In this document: positions 27,676 to 33,162 of the stretch, piece after piece
Layout of the letters: every line of letters starts with the position of its first letter
Position numbering within the stretch: position 1 is the first letter of the stretch
NCBI GenBank assembly: GCA_016780665.1
Contig: JADHLM010000002.1
Coordinates: 1 to 33,162, forward strand
DNA length: 33,162 bases
Source: Hyphomicrobiales bacterium
GTDB lineage: Bacteria; Pseudomonadota; Alphaproteobacteria; Rhizobiales; TMED25
Direction: 5' to 3'
The notes under the pieces: generated by a model
Seen by the model: only the letters and a program-made list of their open reading frames with translations
What the model was told of the DNA's origin: nothing
The model's database searches: none
Made by a program: the position numbers and the translations under genes

Positions 27676-28800
27676 ATGGAAAAAAAAGACTACTATGAGA
27701 TATTAGGTGTTACTAAAAATTGTGATGATAAAACACTAAAAAGTGCTTTCAGAAAGTTAGCAAAAGAATATCATCCAGACCATAACGCTGGTAAGCCAGA
27801 AGCTGAAGCAAAGTTCAGAGAAATTTCTGAAGCGTATGAAAGACTTAAGAGCCCCGAATCTAGAGCCGCATACGATAGATATGGTCATGCAGCATTTGAT
27901 GGAGGCGCTGGGAGAGGCAACTACTCTGGTGGATTCGATGGTAATTTTTCATCCGCATTTTCAGATATTTTCAATGATTTCTTTGGTGATTTTTCTAATT
28001 CAACAAGGACTAGAGAGACCTCCAATAGAGGTTCAGATTTAAGATATAATTTAGAGATTACACTTGAAGAAGCCTATAATGGTAAATCAGATACAATAAC
28101 TGTCCCAATGAATGCCGAATGCTCAGGTTGTAAAGGGAATGGTGGAGAAAATGGAGAGGCACCAATCGTTTGTCCAAATTGCCAGGGGTCCGGCAAGACA
28201 AGGGCAAGCCAAGGTTTTTTTATGATTGAGAGAAGTTGCACGTCATGTAATGGTAGCGGCCAAATAGTTGTAAATCCATGTAGATCCTGTGGAGGTCAGG
28301 GAAGGGTAAAAAAACCTAAAAAACTAAGTATTAATATCCCTGCAGGGGTAGAAGATGGAAATAGAATAAGACTAAGCGGACAAGGAGAAGCTGGACTAAG
28401 GGGAGGGAGAACTGGAGATTTATATATTTTTGTCTCAATAAAGCCTCATAAGTTTTTCCAAAGAGATGGTTCTGATTTGTACTGTAATATTCCCGTATCA
28501 ATGGTTACGGCTGCCCTTGGTGGACAAATTGATATACCTACCATAGACGGTTCTAAACTGAGCGTAAGTATACCAGAAGGATCTCAAAATAATAAGCATC
28601 TTAGATTACGTGGAAAGGGTATGCCAATCCTTAGACAAAAGAATTTTGGCGATCTACATTTACAAATATCTGTTGAAACCCCAGTAAATCTCAACAAAAA
28701 ACAAAAAGAGCTGCTTGAAGAGTTTCAAAATATATCAGAGGAAAAAAACAATCCAGTCAGTGATGGCTTCTTTAAAAAATTAAGAGACTTGTGGCATTAA
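27676..28800 (+). CDS. dnaJ: Molecular chaperone DnaJ (type I Hsp40)
   Basis: J domain 'DYYEILGV...YHPDHN', a Gly/Phe-rich linker, and four CxxCxGxG zinc-centre repeats (CSGCKGNG, CPNCQGSG, CTSCNGSG, CRSCGGQG). Confidence 0.97.
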   Translation: MEKKDYYEILGVTKNCDDKTLKSAFRKLAKEYHPDHNAGKPEAEAKFREISEAYERLKSPESRAAYDRYGHAAFDGGAGRGNYSGGFDGNFSSAFSDIFNDFFGDFSNSTRTRETSNRGSDLRYNLEITLEEAYNGKSDTITVPMNAECSGCKGNGGENGEAPIVCPNCQGSGKTRASQGFFMIERSCTSCNGSGQIVVNPCRSCGGQGRVKKPKKLSINIPAGVEDGNRIRLSGQGEAGLRGGRTGDLYIFVSIKPHKFFQRDGSDLYCNIPVSMVTAALGGQIDIPTIDGSKLSVSIPEGSQNNKHLRLRGKGMPILRQKNFGDLHLQISVETPVNLNKKQKELLEEFQNISEEKNNPVSDGFFKKLRDLWH

Positions 28801-28823
28801 ATTTTATTTCGTCGTAATATGAC

Positions 28824-28854
28824 TCTCAATTGACCAAAATATTTTAAATTGAGA
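28824..28854 (+). other. Inverted repeat TCTCAATT-N15-AATTGAGA in the dnaJ-dapB spacer
   Basis: Read directly. The arms are 8 bp and perfect (28824-28831 and 28847-28854). The loop contains the internal palindrome AAAATATTTT. The 3' arm ends 5 nt before the dapB ATG and covers the only purine-rich SD-like word (GAGA). Confidence 0.5.
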
Positions 28855-28859
28855 AAACT

Positions 28860-29660
28860 ATGAAACTAATTATTGCTGGTGCTGCTGGTAGAATGGGTAA
28901 AGAGTTATTAAAATTTTCCTATCACGATCAAAATATAGAAATTATAGGAGCAACAGAAAGTACACAATCTCCCTGGATTGGAAGAGATATTGGAGAACTT
29001 ATCCAGGAAGAACCAATCAAAATAAAAATTGTTGACGATCCAATTACATTGGTAAAATCAGCTGATGTAATAATTGATTTCACAAACCCTAAAACAACAA
29101 TTGAAAATAGCAAACTTGCTGCTCAAGCTCGAATATCCCACATAATAGGAACGACAGGTTTAACAGATAAAGACTTTGATAATATCAGGAGTGCCTCAAG
29201 ACATGCTGTAATTGTACAGTCTGGTAATATGAGTTTAGGTATAAATATAATGGCAAAGCTAACGAAAGAAATTGCTTCTTTGTTAACAGATTTTGATATT
29301 GAAATTGTTGAAATGCATCATAATAAAAAAGTAGACGCACCATCAGGTACCGCACTTCTATTGGGTGAAGCTGCAGCTGAGGGAAGAAATATAAATCTTG
29401 ATGAAAATGCTGTATATGAAAGATACGGAAATACAGGCGCTCGACAAGAAAACACAATTGGATTCTCAACAATAAGAGGTGGAGATGTTGTGGGAGAACA
29501 CACTGTATTATTCGCTGGAGATAGTGAAATACTGAGAATCTCACATAGTGCTCTAAGCAGACAAATATTTGTAAAAGGAGCTATGCACGCAGCAAAATGG
29601 TCACTCAATAAGGAGCCAGGATTTTATAGCATGGATGACGTACTGAATATAAAAAATTAG
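28860..29660 (+). CDS. dapB: 4-hydroxy-tetrahydrodipicolinate reductase
   Basis: Contains 'KLIIAGAAGRMGK' (Rossmann loop), 'IVEMHHNKKVDAPSGTAL' and 'SHSALSRQIFVKGA'. Length is 266 aa. Confidence 0.93.
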   Translation: MKLIIAGAAGRMGKELLKFSYHDQNIEIIGATESTQSPWIGRDIGELIQEEPIKIKIVDDPITLVKSADVIIDFTNPKTTIENSKLAAQARISHIIGTTGLTDKDFDNIRSASRHAVIVQSGNMSLGINIMAKLTKEIASLLTDFDIEIVEMHHNKKVDAPSGTALLLGEAAAEGRNINLDENAVYERYGNTGARQENTIGFSTIRGGDVVGEHTVLFAGDSEILRISHSALSRQIFVKGAMHAAKWSLNKEPGFYSMDDVLNIKN

Positions 29661-29675
29661 AGGAAAATATTAAAT

Positions 29676-30296
29676 ATGGCAAAATTAATACTATTAAGGC
29701 ATGGTGAAAGTGAATGGAATAAATTAAATTTATTCACTGGTTGGGAAGATGTTAGCCTAACAGACCAAGGTAAAATTGAAGCAAAATTGGCAGCATTCGC
29801 AATTCAAAACCTAAAAGTTGATATTAATCATGCTTTTACTAGCGCACTTAAACGAGCAAAAAATACCCTTGAGATTGTCCTATACATACTCAAGAAAGAT
29901 ATAGAAATAATTTCTGACAAAGCATTAAATGAGAGGAATTATGGTGACCTTACTGGTTTAAATAAGGATGAGGCCCGCAAAAAATGGGGAGATAAACAGG
30001 TAAAAATATGGAGAAGATCATATGATGTGGCTCCAGAAAATGGAGAAAGTCTCAAAGATACCTCAAATAGAACAATCCCTTACTTTAAAGATAATATTTT
30101 ACCCAAGCTTTTTAATGATGAGAACGTAATAATTACTGCGCATGGTAACTCCCTTAGATCAATTATAATGTATGTAGAAGAACTTAGTGAAGAGGAGATA
30201 GTTAATGTTGAAATAACTACAGGAATTCCAATTGTGTATGAGTTCGAAAACAAAAAGATGATAAAAAAAACCGAACTATTCGTCAAAAGATATTAA
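29676..30296 (+). CDS. gpmA: 2,3-bisphosphoglycerate-dependent phosphoglycerate mutase (short form)
   Basis: Contains 'LILLRHGESEWNKLNLFTGW' (catalytic His), 'ERNYGDLTGLNK' and 'AHGNSLRS'. Length is 206 aa. Confidence 0.9.
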   Translation: MAKLILLRHGESEWNKLNLFTGWEDVSLTDQGKIEAKLAAFAIQNLKVDINHAFTSALKRAKNTLEIVLYILKKDIEIISDKALNERNYGDLTGLNKDEARKKWGDKQVKIWRRSYDVAPENGESLKDTSNRTIPYFKDNILPKLFNDENVIITAHGNSLRSIIMYVEELSEEEIVNVEITTGIPIVYEFENKKMIKKTELFVKRY

Positions 30297-30321
30297 CCCT
30301 AATAGCCTCATTATATTTTAT

Positions 30322-31326
30322 ATGCATACACTATTCATTGGGAATGCTATTGTTGATCTGATATCCCACATTAATTATGAAAAATTATTACATCCTGATG
30401 ATAAGGGTAAAATGAAAATTATCACATTGAAGGATGCCGAAAGACTTCAATTAAAGGTTACTGACAAAAATATAATTATTGGAGGAAGCGCTAACAATAG
30501 TGCTTGTGGATTATCTATTATGGATGAAGAAGTATGTTTTGTTGGAAAAATAGGTAATGATAAATTTGGAGAAATTTATAAAAGAAAATTAAAAGATTTT
30601 AATATTGCAGATGATGGCATTGTGCTTGATAAATATACTAATACAGGAAGATCCATTATATATGTCACCCCAGATGGCGAGCGGACAATGAATACTTATT
30701 TGGGTGCATCTATTCAATTAACTTCAAATGATATTAAAGATAAGGTATTCAAGAATTTAAATGGAACATTTATTGAAGGTTATGTTTATTACTTAGATGA
30801 TGGTAAAAATATAATTGAAAGATCATTCCGTAAGACTGAAGAAAACAATGGATTTACAGCAATATCATTATCTGATGTAAATTGTGTTGAACAATTTAGA
30901 TCTGATTTCTTTGACTTAATTTATGGGAATAAAATCACCCTTTTATTTGGAAATAAAGCTGAGATGATGTGCCTATTTGAAGTAGATACGGAAGTAAATC
31001 TTCTAAAAAAAATGACTGATCATTCAGAAAATATCGACTCTTTGATAATGACATCAGGAAATAATGGGGCAACAGTTATAAATAATAATAAAATTTATAA
31101 TGAGAATTCAATTAAAGTTGAAAACATCCTTGATACAACAGGAGCTGGGGATTTATTTGTTTCTGGTTATATAAAAGCTTATCTAAATGGAGAAAAGCCG
31201 GATATTTGTCTCAAATGCGCCAATTACCTAGCTTCCCAAATTATCACCGTTGATGGTGGGAAATTAGACGTCAAAAAAATCAAAGAATATCACGAAGGGA
31301 TTTATAGTTTCCTAAGAGAAATCTGA
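30322..31326 (+). CDS. PfkB-family carbohydrate/nucleoside kinase (adenosine-kinase-like)
   Basis: Contains 'IIIGGSANNSACG' (GG motif) and 'ILDTTGAGDLFVSGY' (anion hole with catalytic Asp). The substrate cannot be determined from sequence alone. Confidence 0.8.
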   Translation: MHTLFIGNAIVDLISHINYEKLLHPDDKGKMKIITLKDAERLQLKVTDKNIIIGGSANNSACGLSIMDEEVCFVGKIGNDKFGEIYKRKLKDFNIADDGIVLDKYTNTGRSIIYVTPDGERTMNTYLGASIQLTSNDIKDKVFKNLNGTFIEGYVYYLDDGKNIIERSFRKTEENNGFTAISLSDVNCVEQFRSDFFDLIYGNKITLLFGNKAEMMCLFEVDTEVNLLKKMTDHSENIDSLIMTSGNNGATVINNNKIYNENSIKVENILDTTGAGDLFVSGYIKAYLNGEKPDICLKCANYLASQIITVDGGKLDVKKIKEYHEGIYSFLREI

Positions 31327-32252
31327 TCAACATAGTGATTAGCAGATTTTCTGATAATTAGACTAGCTCTTTGTCTGGTTGGCAATATATTATCAATCAA
31401 ATTTATATAATTGATATTATTCCATAACTCATTTGCAACTTTTATTGCTTCAATATCTGTTAAATTTGAGTATTTTTTAAAATAAGCCTCTGTTTGCTGG
31501 AAGGCCGTTGATTTTAATTTTAAGAAACGTTCAACATACCATTTTTGAATATGAGTATGATCAGAGTCAACAAAAATTGAAAAATCAAAATAGTCAGAAA
31601 CATATGGAATTGCGTTTCCATTTTGAGGAAGAGGGGCTGGTTGTAATACATTTAAGCCCTCAATTATTAAAATATCTGGCTTATTAACGATAACATACTC
31701 ATCTGGTAAGTTATCATATAGCAGGTGTGAATATATAGGGGCTTTTACATTCTCTTTTCCTGATTTTACTTCATTTAAAAAATTTAATAACTTCGATAAA
31801 TTATAACTTTCTGGGAAGCCCTTCCGATCCATAAGATTTTTGCTTTCAAGTTCATTATTACTCAATAAAAAACCATCCGTGTTCACTAGTGAAACACTAA
31901 TATTTTTAGACCATTTAGATAATAGGGCTTGAAGAATTCTTGAGGTCGTGCTTTTACCTACAGCCACAGACCCTGCCACCCCAATAATAAATGGTACTTT
32001 AATATTCTTTTTCCCAAGAAAAGTGTTTGTAGCATTAAATAATTTTTTTGTTGCAGAAATATATAAGTCCAAAAGCCTTGAAATTGGCAGATATATATCT
32101 CTAACCTCTTCTAAAGACATGGGTTCATTTAAGCCCCTTAATGCAATTACTTCATTTTCTGACAAAGATAAAGTCGTTCCAAATCCAAGATTAGCCCATT
32201 CATCTCTTGAAAAAATAATATAAGGGGAGTTCTGGTTTATGGAAGTAGGCAT
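31302..32252 (-). CDS. coaA: Type I pantothenate kinase
   Basis: P-loop 'IIGVAGSVAVGKSTTSRIL'. The C-terminus 'ILPTRQRASLIIRKSANHYVDQISLRKL' parallels the E. coli CoaA C-terminus to the end. Length is 316 aa. Confidence 0.92.
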   Translation of the reverse strand: MPTSINQNSPYIIFSRDEWANLGFGTTLSLSENEVIALRGLNEPMSLEEVRDIYLPISRLLDLYISATKKLFNATNTFLGKKNIKVPFIIGVAGSVAVGKSTTSRILQALLSKWSKNISVSLVNTDGFLLSNNELESKNLMDRKGFPESYNLSKLLNFLNEVKSGKENVKAPIYSHLLYDNLPDEYVIVNKPDILIIEGLNVLQPAPLPQNGNAIPYVSDYFDFSIFVDSDHTHIQKWYVERFLKLKSTAFQQTEAYFKKYSNLTDIEAIKVANELWNNINYINLIDNILPTRQRASLIIRKSANHYVDQISLRKL

Positions 32253-32257
32253 TAATG

Positions 32258-32575
32258 CTATTTTCTTGATTTTTTTTCATCGTGGCCTGATACACCATGT
32301 CTTGTAGATAGCTCATGGCATACATCATCAATGGTAAGCTCATTTTTCTTAAGTAATACTAATAAGTGATATAGTAGATCTGCAGCCTCTCGCCTCACAT
32401 TATCTCTATCAGAGGAAAGTGATGATACTATTACCTCTGTTGCTTCCTCACCTATCTTTTTTGTTAACAACTGATGATCATTTAATAATGAAGCAGTATA
32501 TGAAACACCTGGATCCTTCTCAACACTATTAGTAATAATTGCTGTAAGCTCTTTTAAATATTCTAAGTTCTTCAT
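32258..32575 (-). CDS. hisE: Phosphoribosyl-ATP pyrophosphatase (stand-alone HisE)
   Basis: Contains 'LTKKIGEEATEVI' and 'REAADLLYHLLVLL'. It is 105 aa and lies immediately downstream of hisF. Confidence 0.9.
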   Translation of the reverse strand: MKNLEYLKELTAIITNSVEKDPGVSYTASLLNDHQLLTKKIGEEATEVIVSSLSSDRDNVRREAADLLYHLLVLLKKNELTIDDVCHELSTRHGVSGHDEKKSRK

Positions 32576-32599
32576 CTTATTTATATTATTAACATTAAA

Positions 32600-33162
32600 T
32601 TACCTGATTTTAATACCATTTTCTTTCATATATTTTTTTGCATCGATAATTGAATATTCTCCAAAATGAAAAATTGAAGCAGCAAGGACTGCATCAGCGC
32701 CACCAATTTTTATACCGTCGACGAGATGTTGTAAATTACCAACTCCTCCGCTCGCAATGACAGGAACATTGACAATTTCTGTTATTTTCTTAATTAATAC
32801 ATTATCAAAACCAAGCTTTGTGCCATCCCTGTCCATAGAAGTTACGAGTAATTCCCCAGCTCCTAATGCAACAACTTTCTCAGCATAATTTAATACATCT
32901 ATTTCTGTATTTTTTCGCCCTCCGTGTGTATAAACTTCCCAGTTGTTTTTAATATTATTTCTTTTGGCATCTATCGCCACCACAATACACTGAGCTCCAA
33001 ATTTATCAGAAGCATCCCTAACAAATATGTTATTCATTACGGCAGCTGAATTTATCGATATTTTATCAGCTCCAGATAATAAAAGTTTTCTTATATGGTC
33101 AATTTTACTAATACCACCACCTACAGTGAGTGGCATAAAACAAACTTCAGCTGTCTTTTGAA
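32600..33162 (-). CDS. hisF: Imidazole glycerol phosphate synthase cyclase subunit (5'-partial; the frame is open to the window edge upstream of the listed Met at 33136)
   Basis: Contains 'MPLTVGGGI', '[12 protein letters not shown]', '[20 protein letters not shown]' and 'PVIASGGVG'. The reverse-strand frame continues '..QKTAEVCF' before the Met without a stop. Confidence 0.93.
   Translation of the reverse strand, partial: QKTAEVCFMPLTVGGGISKIDHIRKLLLSGADKISINSAAVMNNIFVRDASDKFGAQCIVVAIDAKRNNIKNNWEVYTHGGRKNTEIDVLNYAEKVVALGAGELLVTSMDRDGTKLGFDNVLIKKITEIVNVPVIASGGVGNLQHLVDGIKIGGADAVLAASIFHFGEYSIIDAKKYMKENGIKIR

Noticed and set aside
29185-29608. Two overlapping minus-strand ORFs (119 aa and 96 aa) antisense to dapB.
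   Set aside because: They are shadow ORFs inside a well-supported gene. They have no motifs and their composition is implausible (runs of L/Q/H/F).
1-33162. A scan for tRNA or rRNA genes, CRISPR repeat-spacer arrays, IS or transposase genes, integrases, phage genes, toxin-antitoxin pairs, or any cluster of unknown-function genes that could be a novel system.
   Set aside because: None was found. Every non-shadow ORF is a recognisable core-metabolism or information-processing gene. No periodic 25-40-bp repeats, terminal inverted repeats or compositional islands other than the 455-bp spacer were seen.

Overview
**Overview.** This is a dense, AT-rich housekeeping segment of a streamlined alphaproteobacterial chromosome (G+C roughly 30% by eye).

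**Lineage (inference only).** Three things point to a free-living, genome-reduced alphaproteobacterium such as SAR11/Pelagibacterales:
- gene content;
- an Irr-type regulator divergent from fabA-fabB-fabI, plus rpsT upstream of dnaA;
- very tight gene packing, with spacers mostly 0-30 bp and several overlaps.

**Genes.** I call 34 protein-coding genes, two of them truncated by the window edges:
- lnt (5' partial), metK and trmB.
- The conserved rimP-nusA-infB-rbfA-truB-rpsO-pnp block.
- A minus-strand block: fabI-fabB-fabA, then a DUF1058-like SH3 protein, a ThiF/MoeB-like E1, dut, coaBC, ubiB and ubiE. irr lies on the plus strand between fabA and the SH3 gene.
- A plus-strand block: mutM, a crotonase, rpsT, a rhodanese, dnaA, dnaN, dnaK, dnaJ, dapB, gpmA and a PfkB kinase.
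- Minus-strand coaA, hisE and hisF (5' partial).

All identifications come from conserved motifs I recognise in the supplied translations. No search was run.

**Not found.** I see no rRNA, tRNA, CRISPR array, transposase, integrase, phage gene or defence gene.

**Novel system.** I do not see a novel multi-gene system. Every long ORF that is not an antisense shadow belongs to a recognisable family.

**Least explained signal.** A 455-bp non-coding island at 22087-22541 is more than four times longer than any other spacer in the window. It sits between rpsT and a rhodanese gene whose 3' end overlaps the dnaA start by 16 nt. It contains two perfect inverted repeats and a few weak DnaA-box-like words.

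**Other observations.**
- A good alphaproteobacterial sigma-32 promoter match upstream of dnaK.
- An Irr orthologue without the heme regulatory motif.
- A ThiF/MoeB-like enzyme lacking all zinc-ligand cysteines.
- Convergent gene ends that overlap or leave no room for terminators.
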